Virus record (IMG/VR): IMGVR_UViG_3300018080_000053 | Location: 1 to 42,509 of that record | Strand: one strand, 5' to 3' | Source of the DNA: a virus | DNA: 42,509 nt | Shown: positions 31,680 to 39,982 of the stretch, in pieces | Layout: every line of letters starts with the position of its first letter | Numbering within the stretch: the stretch's first letter is position 1 | Notes under the pieces: model-generated | Databases searched by the model: none | Seen by the model: only the letters and a program-made list of their open reading frames with translations | Told to the model about the DNA's origin: nothing | Position numbers and translations under genes: made by a program

Positions 31680-32078
31680 ATGAAAGTACAAGTAACACTC
31701 GAAACCCCTGAGGAGGTCAAGAAATTCCTCAGCTTGATCGAAGGGAAAAAGACCCGGGGAAGGCCCAAAAAGGTCAAGGACCCTGAGCCCGATCCTGAGC
31801 CTGAGGATCCTGAGGAGGATCCTGAGGAGGATCCTGAGGAGGATCCTGAGCCCAAAAAGAAGCGCAAGAGCAAGAAAAAGGGCAAGAGCAAGAAAAAGGG
31901 CAAGGCCAAGGGAGTTACTTTGCGGCAACTGAGAAAGGCTGCGAATGACTATGCGAAGGAAAACGGGCCTGATGACATTGAGGAGATTCTTGAGGAGTAT
32001 GACATTGACTCCCTCAATGACCTTGATGAGTCAGACTATGCCGATTGTCTCGCAAAGATCGCTGAGCTGAGCGAATAG
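31680..32078 (+). CDS. AT-hook protein with acidic (EDPE)4 block, Lys-rich block and an acidic C-terminal domain
   Basis: 132 aa containing KKTRGRPKKV (the RGRP AT-hook core), EDPEEDPEEDPEEDPE and PKKKRKSKKKGKSKKKGKAKG. Confidence 0.65.
   Translation: MKVQVTLETPEEVKKFLSLIEGKKTRGRPKKVKDPEPDPEPEDPEEDPEEDPEEDPEPKKKRKSKKKGKSKKKGKAKGVTLRQLRKAANDYAKENGPDDIEEILEEYDIDSLNDLDESDYADCLAKIAELSE
31803..31850. repeat. 12-nt tandem repeat, 4 copies (gaggatcctgag; encodes EDPE)
   Basis: Read directly. Each unit contains GGATCC. Confidence 0.9.
31851..31874. repeat. 24-nt perfect inverted repeat, partner of 10421..10444
   Basis: cccaaaaagaagcgcaagagcaag encodes PKKKRKSK here and also in the minus-strand gene at 10394..10744. 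Confidence 0.9.
31867..31902. repeat. 18-nt tandem repeat, 2 copies (agagcaagaaaaagggca; encodes KSKKKG)
   Basis: Read directly from the sequence. Confidence 0.85.
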
Positions 32079-32104
32079 ATCCCACCGTAAAGGAAAGCCC
32101 ACCA

Positions 32105-33256
32105 ATGACAAATCACGCCAAACACTCTCCTTCAAGTGCTCATATTTGGGCACGGTGCGCGGGGGCTGGGGTTTTGCCTCAGCCTCCCGCTCCCCCTCCC
32201 TCAATTCATATGCTGCAAGGGACCTCAGCCCATATGATGCTTGAGAAAGCTCTTGAGAATGACATTGATCCTTTGACGTGGACTCAAGTCCCTGTCATTG
32301 AGGGTAAGAAAAGGACCCCGGTTGCGGTCACCGATGAAATGAGATCCGCGGTTGCAACCGCGGTGAGTGAGATTGAAAAAATCTTAGACTCTTGCAAGTT
32401 TCCTATTTATTACGTTGAGCAAATGCTTGTCATGAGACAAGTCAGCAAAACCGTTTTTGGGACCGCTGATCTTGTCATTGATGACAAAACCGCTCTTTGG
32501 GTCATCGATTATAAAAACGGGGCTGGGGTTGAGGTCAACGCTGACAACAACTATCAGCTTGCGCTTTATGGCCTGGGAGCTCTTGCCGAATTTGGACGAT
32601 CGGATCGTCCTCTCCATTTGGGGATCATCCAACCCCGGGCCAGATCGGGAAACACTGTCAAGATTTGGACCATCAAAGATTCAAAAGCCTTTGAAGATCA
32701 TTGGTCAGAAAAATTCAAAAAGGCTTTGTACCGTATCGATCAATTTTCCGTTTTGCCTCCCGGTCAAAGATATACAAGCGGGGATCACTGTCATTGGTGT
32801 CCCGTCAAGATTGTTTGTCCCAAGGTCATTGAGCAAACCGTTTTATCAATGGTTGCCGATACTGCAAAAATGAAAAAAATGGGTTTCGATTATCTGATCG
32901 AAATCTTTAGAAATAAGACTCAAATTACTGACATTCTCAAAACCGCTGAGCAATATGCTCATGAGAGAGTTTCCCGCGGTGACAAGATCCCAGGTTTCAA
33001 ACTCGTCAACGGCAAGTCTAAAAGGCAATGGATCAACCCGGATCAAGTTGAGGATCTCTTGCATGAGACCGATCATGATCCTGAAACGTTTCTCAAATAC
33101 TCCCTCAAGTCTCTTGCTGAAATTGAAAAGCTCATGAGTAAAGATTGGGTTGACAAGCATACAATCAAATCGTCAGCAAAGACTCAGCTTGTTTTCGAAT
33201 CTGATCCCAGGCCTGAGGTCAGTGAGATCAACGCTGATGATTTCGAGAAATTCTAG
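32105..33256 (+). CDS. DUF2800-type PD-(D/E)XK (Cas4-like) exonuclease
   Basis: 383 aa. The N-terminus is HAKHSPSSAHIWARCAG, and there is a Cys cluster GDHCHWCPVKIVCP. It is followed by DUF2815 and DNA polymerase as in the known cassette. Confidence 0.75.
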   Translation: MTNHAKHSPSSAHIWARCAGAGVLPQPPAPPPSIHMLQGTSAHMMLEKALENDIDPLTWTQVPVIEGKKRTPVAVTDEMRSAVATAVSEIEKILDSCKFPIYYVEQMLVMRQVSKTVFGTADLVIDDKTALWVIDYKNGAGVEVNADNNYQLALYGLGALAEFGRSDRPLHLGIIQPRARSGNTVKIWTIKDSKAFEDHWSEKFKKALYRIDQFSVLPPGQRYTSGDHCHWCPVKIVCPKVIEQTVLSMVADTAKMKKMGFDYLIEIFRNKTQITDILKTAEQYAHERVSRGDKIPGFKLVNGKSKRQWINPDQVEDLLHETDHDPETFLKYSLKSLAEIEKLMSKDWVDKHTIKSSAKTQLVFESDPRPEVSEINADDFEKF

Positions 33257-33264
33257 GAGGGGAT

Positions 33265-33531
33265 ATGCGAAACGGTCAAAGCGTAACAATCAAGATTGAG
33301 GCAAAGAATGACGGTTTTGAGCGATCGATTTTCGCTGAGCCTCGATTGCCCCCGATCCCGATCGGTGAGCTTTCATTTTTGTTGCTCGATACTCTGATCT
33401 TTTTCTTTCAAAGTCACTTAGAAATGGATCAGGAAAAAGCATACATGGAGACTGAAAACATTCTCAAGCAAATGAAGACCGTCTATATTCCTGACGGCGA
33501 GACAAAAGAAAGGACCCCGGACAATGGCTAA
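33265..33531 (+). CDS. Hypothetical protein (88 aa)
   Basis: AGGAGG lies upstream. It overlaps the next gene by 8 nt. Confidence 0.5.
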   Translation: MRNGQSVTIKIEAKNDGFERSIFAEPRLPPIPIGELSFLLLDTLIFFFQSHLEMDQEKAYMETENILKQMKTVYIPDGETKERTPDNG

Positions 33532-34102
33532 TCTCAAAAAAGGAAAAATGTTGAGCTCAACAAAGTTTAGGACCCCTGAATTTCGGATGAGTTTTCCTCA
33601 CTTGTTTGAGCCTCACGGTTTCGAAGATGAGACCCCGTGTCATTCCGTGACAGCTCTTTTCCCTCAGTCTGCAAACCTCAAGTGTTTTGAAAAGGCTGTA
33701 CAAGCGATCATTGACGAAAAGCTCAACGGCAAGCGCTCAAAGAAACTCAAGATCGCTGAGATTAAAGACGGGGATGAGATAGAAACCAAAGAGGGAGATC
33801 CCAGGCCTGAGACTCAAGGTAAAATGGTTATTCGCCTCAAGAGCAAGAATCGCAAGCCCCGGGTTTTTGACTCCTCAAGAGATGATATTGACAACCCTGA
33901 CGAGATCTACGGCGGTTGTTACGGGGTTGCCGTTGTCGAAGCGTATTTGTGGAAAAACTCATTTGGGATCGGTGTCTCCTTTGGTCTTTTGGGAGTTCAG
34001 AAAACAAGGGACGGTGAACCGTTTCTTGGAGGCGTTGACGCTGATGATTTCGAGGACGTTGACATTGATGAGGATGAGGATGACTATGAGGGTCAATTTT
34101 GA
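33524..34102 (+). CDS. DUF2815-type single-stranded DNA-binding protein
   Basis: 192 aa. The N-terminus is FRTPEFRMSFPHLFEP, and the acidic tail is DADDFEDVDIDEDEDDYEGQF. Confidence 0.7.
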   Translation: MANLKKGKMLSSTKFRTPEFRMSFPHLFEPHGFEDETPCHSVTALFPQSANLKCFEKAVQAIIDEKLNGKRSKKLKIAEIKDGDEIETKEGDPRPETQGKMVIRLKSKNRKPRVFDSSRDDIDNPDEIYGGCYGVAVVEAYLWKNSFGIGVSFGLLGVQKTRDGEPFLGGVDADDFEDVDIDEDEDDYEGQF

Positions 34103-34485
34103 TCTATCTCGCCTCGCCATATACCTATAAACATGAGGACCCTGAGCAAGTTGATCTAATTCAACGCTTGCGCTTTGAGGCGGTTTGCTCGTTTGCTGCT
34201 CAACTCATGCTTGACGGGTTGAGGGTTTTCTCACCGATCAGTCATACTCATCCGATCGCTCTTGCGGGTGAGCTCCCCGTCAATTGGGAATACTGGGAGA
34301 AATACGATCGGGAAATGCTCTCCTTTTGCAAGCGGGTCATAGTGCTCATGCTCCCGGGTTGGAAAACCTCAACGGGTGTCCAATCTGAGATCGAGATCTC
34401 CCGCGAAATGGGGATCCCGGTTGAATATGTTGATCCGATCCTCTTTGGGCTCCCCCTCTCTGATGATCTCTTGACCGCTGCATAA
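34099..34485 (+). CDS. DUF1937 / nucleoside deoxyribosyltransferase-like protein
   Basis: 128 aa with a TTG start in a TTGA overlap. The N-terminus IYLASPYTY...FSPISHTH is the pattern remembered for DUF1937. Confidence 0.6.
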   Translation: MIYLASPYTYKHEDPEQVDLIQRLRFEAVCSFAAQLMLDGLRVFSPISHTHPIALAGELPVNWEYWEKYDREMLSFCKRVIVLMLPGWKTSTGVQSEIEISREMGIPVEYVDPILFGLPLSDDLLTAA

Positions 34486-34486
34486 T

Positions 34487-36457
34487 ATGTCACCCCAGGT
34501 CACAAGGATCGATTTTGAGACCCGGTCTCCGGTTGACCTCAAACGGTCCGGGGCTTGGATCTATGCTCGTCATCCTCAAACTGAGATCCTTTGTCTCTCA
34601 TTCAAGCGGGGGAGTGGAAAAACAAGAATTTGGGTTCCTGAATATTTCATTGAAACAGGAACCGAAATACCTGAATTATTGGCCTTGTCTATCGCTGAGG
34701 GAGACATTTTTGAGGCTCACAATGCCTTTTTCGAGCGGGTTATATGGAAATTCATCGCTCAGACTCGCTGGGGCTGGCCTGAGCTCCCTCCTGAGCGCTG
34801 GGCTGATACTGCGGCAATAGCTGCAGCCCGGGCATTGCCGCGGTCACTGGACGGGGTTTCTCAAGCGCTGGGGTTGTCTGAGACAAAGGACATGACCGGT
34901 CATCGGATCATGCTGAAACTGAGCAAGCCTCGCAAGCCCAGCAAATACAACAAGGCCCGATACCATGCAAAGCCGAAAGATTTTGAGAAACTGTACAAGT
35001 ATTGCATAAGGGACACCCGGACCGCTGAGGGGGTTTCGACAACGTTGGGACCGCTCTCAGCCTTTGAGCGTCAGATCTGGGAGCTTGACCAGCGGATCAA
35101 TTTTCGAGGGGTCTATTGTGACCGGGAGGCAATTGAGGGAGCTCTCAAGATCCTCTCGCAACTCAAGCGAGAGGCCAATGAGCGGATCGTTGAGCTGACA
35201 AATGGGGAGATCGAAACAATCAGTCAGGTCAAAAAGATTGTTGAGTTTGTCAATGAGCTGGGCCTTTCGATTTCATCGATTGCAAAGGACAAGGTCAAGA
35301 CCGCTCTTGACCTCCCTCATTTGGATCCGATTGTCAGGGAAATCCTTGAGTTGAGACAAGCCTCAGCCCGATCCTCAACTGCTAAATATGAGTCAATGCT
35401 TGAGAGGATGGATACCGACAACCGGATCCGTGAGCTCATTTTGTTTCACGGGGCTCATACTGGACGCTGGACCGGAAAAGGAATCCAGATTCAAAACTTT
35501 CCTCAAGGGAGCATCAAAGATCCTGATGAGATTGAAACCGCAATTGAGATCATCAAATCCGGTGATTCAAAGCTAATGAGTCTCATGTATTCTGATCCTT
35601 TCGATGTCCTTTCAAGTTGCCTGAGAGGTATGCTGAGAGCTCAACCCGGATCCCGTTTCATTTGTGCTGATTACTCAGGAATTGAAGCCCGGTTTCTTAT
35701 GTGGTTAGTTGGAGAGACTGAGGCGGTTGAAATGTTCCGATCCGGGGCTGACATTTACAAGGTTCTTGCGTCAGTGATTTTCAGCAAATCGATTGAAGAG
35801 ATTGAACATGATGAGAGGGAGCTAGGCAAGCGGGGGATTTTGGGTTGTGGTTATCAAATGGCCTGGAAAAAATTCAAGGTCACTTGTCAAGTTATGTACG
35901 GGATCACAATTTCTGAGTCAATGGCAAAACGGGTTGTCAATGCATACCGCAAGAAATATGCAGACGTGCAACGCTTTTGGTATGCAATCGAGGCCTCAGC
36001 TATCAAAGCGGTCCTCAGAAAAGGAAAGCGGATCGATTGTGGCAAGGTCAGTTGTCAGTATCGGGACGGTTTCTTGTGGATCCGGTTGCCCAGCGAGAGA
36101 GAGCTTGCTTATTACGATCCCAAAATTGAGGATCACCCGAAATTTGACAAGGCTCAGCTCACCTATATGGGAGTTTCCCCGCAATCCTACAAATGGGAGC
36201 GTCAAACTACATACGGGGGGAAACTTACTGAAAACATAGTTCAAGCGAGTTGCTTTGATGTTATGGCGGGGGCAATGCTTGAAATTGATCTTGAGTATCC
36301 AATTGTGTTGACTGTCCACGATGAGATTGTTTCTGAGGTCCTTGAGGGGAGAGGATCTCTCGATGGCTTTTGTGATATAATGGCAACGGTCCCCAAATGG
36401 GCTGAGGGTCTCCCCCTCAATGTTGAGGGTTGGGAGGGTCTCAGATTTCGAAAATAG
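34487..36457 (+). CDS. Family A DNA polymerase with N-terminal 3'-5' exonuclease domain
   Basis: 656 aa. It has Exo I RIDFETRS, motif A ICADYSGIEARFL, motif B RELGKRGILGCGYQM and motif C LTVHDEIV. Confidence 0.9.
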   Translation: MSPQVTRIDFETRSPVDLKRSGAWIYARHPQTEILCLSFKRGSGKTRIWVPEYFIETGTEIPELLALSIAEGDIFEAHNAFFERVIWKFIAQTRWGWPELPPERWADTAAIAAARALPRSLDGVSQALGLSETKDMTGHRIMLKLSKPRKPSKYNKARYHAKPKDFEKLYKYCIRDTRTAEGVSTTLGPLSAFERQIWELDQRINFRGVYCDREAIEGALKILSQLKREANERIVELTNGEIETISQVKKIVEFVNELGLSISSIAKDKVKTALDLPHLDPIVREILELRQASARSSTAKYESMLERMDTDNRIRELILFHGAHTGRWTGKGIQIQNFPQGSIKDPDEIETAIEIIKSGDSKLMSLMYSDPFDVLSSCLRGMLRAQPGSRFICADYSGIEARFLMWLVGETEAVEMFRSGADIYKVLASVIFSKSIEEIEHDERELGKRGILGCGYQMAWKKFKVTCQVMYGITISESMAKRVVNAYRKKYADVQRFWYAIEASAIKAVLRKGKRIDCGKVSCQYRDGFLWIRLPSERELAYYDPKIEDHPKFDKAQLTYMGVSPQSYKWERQTTYGGKLTENIVQASCFDVMAGAMLEIDLEYPIVLTVHDEIVSEVLEGRGSLDGFCDIMATVPKWAEGLPLNVEGWEGLRFRK

Positions 36458-36478
36458 GACCCGGGAAAAGGATTGCAA

Positions 36479-36796
36479 ATGTTGACAGGGTTATTGACCG
36501 GAATCATTACCAGCTTTCTCAAATTAGTTGGGAGTGAGGCAAAAGCTGAGGTCATGAGGAGACGAGCAAAAGAGGCCCGGGAAAGAAAGAAACAACAAGA
36601 GTTGCTCAAGCGAAAGGCTGAGCTCAAAGCAAAGCGGGAGGCTCATGAGAAACTAGTCAAGGAATATCGTGAGAAACAAGAGCAACTCAAAAAGGAGATT
36701 GCTGAGGCTCAAGCGAGATTTCGTGAAGAGTGGAAAAGGACTAACACTCCCGGTGAGATTCCTGACAATCCATATGATGAGGAGGAAAACGGATGA
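36479..36796 (+). CDS. N-terminally anchored coiled-coil protein (i-spanin-like topology)
   Basis: ATG 36479 has AAAGGA 7 nt upstream. A hydrophobic N-terminus (LTGLLTGIITSFLKLV) is followed by a charged coiled coil. Confidence 0.5.
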   Translation: MLTGLLTGIITSFLKLVGSEAKAEVMRRRAKEARERKKQQELLKRKAELKAKREAHEKLVKEYREKQEQLKKEIAEAQARFREEWKRTNTPGEIPDNPYDEEENG

Positions 36797-37356
36797 GATA
36801 CACACTATCACTTTTTATTTTTGCGCTGGGTCTTTGTAGCCTGGGATTGACCATTGATGACACAATTGACGCTTGCAATGAGGTTGAGCAACATATAAAT
36901 TTGTTTCATTTCAATTCCCCGGACCGGATCCGCAAGCAAGCTCTCAAATATGTTGCTTTTGTAGTTCATTGGTCTGAGGAATATCAGATCGATCCGCTGC
37001 TCACGGCAACAATTATTGACATGGAATCCAGTTGGATCCCAAATCGCCCGGGCAAATTGGGCGAAATTGGATTAATGCAAGTCCACTATTCCCCATTCAA
37101 AAAAGGTTTTGACCTTTCAAGGCCAACCGATCAAATTCACGCGGGAGTCAAAGCGTTGAGATATTGTTTCGATATTTGCGGATCTGAGCTCAATCGAGGT
37201 CTGACCGGATATGCAACGGGTAAATGTAACAAAAGTTATCCCGGGCTCAGATTGAGGCTCAAGAATTATCGAGAGACTTTGAGACTACATAGGGTCAAAG
37301 AAAAAGCGGATCCGATGATCGATGAAATAGACAACCTTTTGAGGGAGTTGAGATGA
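36793..37356 (+). CDS. Lytic transglycosylase (SLT domain) with N-terminal signal/anchor
   Basis: 187 aa. The N-terminus is LSLFIFALGLCSLGL. The catalytic region IIDMESSW...GEIGLMQV has the E-S and GLMQ motifs. Confidence 0.75.
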   Translation: MRYTLSLFIFALGLCSLGLTIDDTIDACNEVEQHINLFHFNSPDRIRKQALKYVAFVVHWSEEYQIDPLLTATIIDMESSWIPNRPGKLGEIGLMQVHYSPFKKGFDLSRPTDQIHAGVKALRYCFDICGSELNRGLTGYATGKCNKSYPGLRLRLKNYRETLRLHRVKEKADPMIDEIDNLLRELR

Positions 37357-37562
37357 GCAAAAAGAAGCAAAAAGAAACGGTCACAATTGCTGAGGCTGCA
37401 AATGAGACCGGGTTGACTCCTCAGTTGATCCGGGCCTATTGTCGGGCGGGAGTTTTCGAGGGAGCTGAAAAGATCCGGGGAACCCGTTGGGCAATTCCTC
37501 GAAAGGATCTCAATGAGCTCATTGAGGACAAACTTGACCTCAGCGGTATCTTTGCCCGGTGA
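37353..37562 (+). CDS. Helix-turn-helix (excisionase/MerR-like) DNA-binding protein
   Basis: 69 aa containing VTIAEAANETGLTPQLIRAYCRAG. Confidence 0.55.
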   Translation: MSKKKQKETVTIAEAANETGLTPQLIRAYCRAGVFEGAEKIRGTRWAIPRKDLNELIEDKLDLSGIFAR

Positions 37563-37888
37563 TCATGCTCACTCTCGAAAAAGAGATTGAGCGCAAATTT
37601 TGTGAGGTCATAAAGGACAAAGGGGGCTTTGTTGTCAAATTCACTGACCCAGCAAGACGGGGAGCCCCCGATCGTCTAGTGCTCATTTTTGGAGTCTGTT
37701 TCTTTGTTGAGTTTAAAACTCCCCGCGGGAAACTGGCAAAGCATCAAATCGAATACGCAAAGAAACTCAATGAGCAAGAGATCAAAGTTTTTCTCATTGA
37801 CTCTCACGAAAAGTCTGACCGTTTTTTATCTGCTTTGGGGACCGGACCGATTGACCCGATCTGCTTTCTACTCAATACCGTTGAATGA
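37559..37888 (+). CDS. VRR-NUC domain nuclease
   Basis: About 109 aa containing GAPDRLVLIFGVCFFVEFKTPRGKLAKHQ (a PD...ExK core). The start is GTG 37559 or ATG 37565. Confidence 0.7.
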   Translation: MIMLTLEKEIERKFCEVIKDKGGFVVKFTDPARRGAPDRLVLIFGVCFFVEFKTPRGKLAKHQIEYAKKLNEQEIKVFLIDSHEKSDRFLSALGTGPIDPICFLLNTVE

Positions 37889-39405
37889 AATACAATCCTG
37901 AGCCCTATCAGCGCAAAGGTACAATTGAGCTTTTGCAAAATCGAAAGTTTGGCCTTTTGTTTGATCCGGGCCTGGGAAAAACGGCAACGGTCTTGCACTA
38001 TCTCAAAGCGCTCTCATTGTATCAAGACAAAATCAAAGCGCTCATCATTGCTCCCCGGTTAGTTTGTCTTGACGTTTGGCCTGAGGAGATCGATAAGTGG
38101 GATCAATTTCGGTCATTGTCTCATGTCCAATTGAGAAACCTTGAGCCTTTTGAATTTGGAAAAACAATCAAGGATCTCAAAAACCGATCTGAAAATATTT
38201 GGTTGACCGCTCCCGATCTGTTTCGATTGCGCGATCTGTTTTCTGCTCTTGTAAGATCGATCTCAAAAGAACACAAGATCCCATTTCGAAATTTTGACTA
38301 TTGGATGACTCAAGGGAGCTATCAGCGAAACAAGTTTTATGATCTCATCAAAAGCGATCCCTCAATCTGGCCTTTTGATGTCCTTGTTGTTGATGAGTCA
38401 TCGAAATTCAAAAACGCAAGCTCAAAGCGTTTCAAGGTCTTGAGAAAATTTATCCCGTTTTTCTCAAGACGGGTGATCATGACCGGGACCTTTGCCCCTA
38501 ACGGACTTGAGGACATTTTCTCTCAACAATACATTATCGACAACGGCAAAACGTTTGGGAAACAGATCACAACCTTTAAAGACAAATATTTCCAAATCGA
38601 CAACCCCCGTTATTACACTTACAAGATCAAGGGTCCCGCTGAGGCTGAGGAGATACAAGAAAAGGTTTCGTCATGGGTCATGAGACTTGACGCTGATGAC
38701 TATCTTGATCTATCTGAGATCGTCCACAACAAGATCCTCATTAGCCTCTCAAAACGAGATCAGAAACACTATGACAACGTTGAAAGGGACTATTTCACTG
38801 AGCTTGACACGGGAGAGGATCTCATTGCTCCCTCAGGCTCAGTAAAATATTTGCTTTGCCGTCAAATGGCAAGCGGGTCCTATTACGATCCCGGGAGGCC
38901 TGACAAAAAAGTCAAGACGGTGATCCCGTTTCACAAGAGGAAAACTGAGAGACTTGCTGAGCTCATTGATGAGTTGCACGGCAAACCGCTGATCGTTGCC
39001 TATGTCTATAGGTCAGATATGACACAGATACAAAAGGACCTCAAGAAAAAATTACCGTGTATCGGGGGTCATACTTCTGAGAAATTGGCCCGGGCTCATC
39101 TCAAACGTTGGAATCAGAAAAAGATCCCCGTTTTGCTTGTACAAGCCTCCTCAGTTGCTCACGGTTTGAATATGCAAAGCGGGGGCAACGATCTATGTTT
39201 CTATTCACTGACGGATCATCTTGAGGACTATGAGCAACTCATAAAGCGGATCCATAGGAGGGGGACAAAGGGTCAAGTAAGGGTCCACTATCTGATCATG
39301 AGAAATACATTTGACATTATGGCATATCGACGGATCAGAAACAAAGAAGCAACTGAGAGGGACTTGCTCAAAGCGCTTGAGCAATATCGAAAGGACAAAA
39401 GATGA
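37885..39405 (+). CDS. SNF2-family (DEAD-like) helicase
   Basis: 506 aa. It has motif I DPGLGKT, motif II VLVVDESSKFKN, and the helicase C region SVAHGLNMQ...RIHRRGT. Confidence 0.85.
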   Translation: MKYNPEPYQRKGTIELLQNRKFGLLFDPGLGKTATVLHYLKALSLYQDKIKALIIAPRLVCLDVWPEEIDKWDQFRSLSHVQLRNLEPFEFGKTIKDLKNRSENIWLTAPDLFRLRDLFSALVRSISKEHKIPFRNFDYWMTQGSYQRNKFYDLIKSDPSIWPFDVLVVDESSKFKNASSKRFKVLRKFIPFFSRRVIMTGTFAPNGLEDIFSQQYIIDNGKTFGKQITTFKDKYFQIDNPRYYTYKIKGPAEAEEIQEKVSSWVMRLDADDYLDLSEIVHNKILISLSKRDQKHYDNVERDYFTELDTGEDLIAPSGSVKYLLCRQMASGSYYDPGRPDKKVKTVIPFHKRKTERLAELIDELHGKPLIVAYVYRSDMTQIQKDLKKKLPCIGGHTSEKLARAHLKRWNQKKIPVLLVQASSVAHGLNMQSGGNDLCFYSLTDHLEDYEQLIKRIHRRGTKGQVRVHYLIMRNTFDIMAYRRIRNKEATERDLLKALEQYRKDKR

Positions 39406-39626
39406 GCGGCGAAACAACCTCAGACCCGATCAGTCCCGCGCACTATTCGAGACTCAACCCGCAACCTTTCGAGGTGATCAAGGCCTGGGAGCTCAATTTT
39501 TTTCTAGGCTCAGCGGTCAAATACATTGCCCGGGCTGGGCACAAAGAGGGAGCCTCAGAGGAAACCGATCTCAGGAAAGCGATCAAGTTTCTTGAGTTGT
39601 ATCTTGAGGCTCCTGAGTTATCCTAG
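39402..39626 (+). CDS. DUF3310 protein
   Basis: 74 aa. PAHYSRLNPQPFEVIKAWELNFFLGSAVKYIARAGHKEG is the remembered DUF3310 pattern. Confidence 0.65.
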   Translation: MSGETTSDPISPAHYSRLNPQPFEVIKAWELNFFLGSAVKYIARAGHKEGASEETDLRKAIKFLELYLEAPELS

Positions 39627-39970
39627 AAACCGGTTGTCAAGAATTTCTGGATCAATGCTGAGAGACCGGAAATGAGAAGAGTTGTTGCGCCGATCAACGC
39701 GGCAATGAGTTTGGAATCAATTCCTTTTAACTCTTGAGGAGGAAAGGATCTCCCGCTCCCGCTTTTTGGACTGTGAAATTCCTTGACATGATTTCCCATG
39801 TTTTTCTCAACGTCAGTTGTTGTTGCTAAAAATGGCAGCGTCGCCTCAAGTTTACTATCAATGTTTGAAATTTGCGTACTAATCGAATTTGTTTTACTAT
39901 GTAAATCATTTACATCTTTTCGGAGAGTATCTCTCAAGTTGTCGATCTCATCTTGTGTTTTAGGAGGCAT
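39623..39970 (-). CDS. Tail-anchored membrane protein with N-terminal coiled coil (XhlA/holin-like topology); last gene of the late block
   Basis: 115 aa with a single C-terminal TM segment, LIAALIGATTLLISGLSALI. Confidence 0.5.
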   Translation of the reverse strand: MPPKTQDEIDNLRDTLRKDVNDLHSKTNSISTQISNIDSKLEATLPFLATTTDVEKNMGNHVKEFHSPKSGSGRSFPPQELKGIDSKLIAALIGATTLLISGLSALIQKFLTTGF

Positions 39971-39982
39971 TTGAGATCCTTT

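Noticed and set aside
31403-31928. Minus-strand ORFs (168 and 157 aa) antisense to the AT-hook genes
   Set aside because: They are artefacts of the in-frame tandem repeats, giving poly-GSS / LRI low-complexity sequence. The plus-strand genes have proper RBSs and fit the operon.
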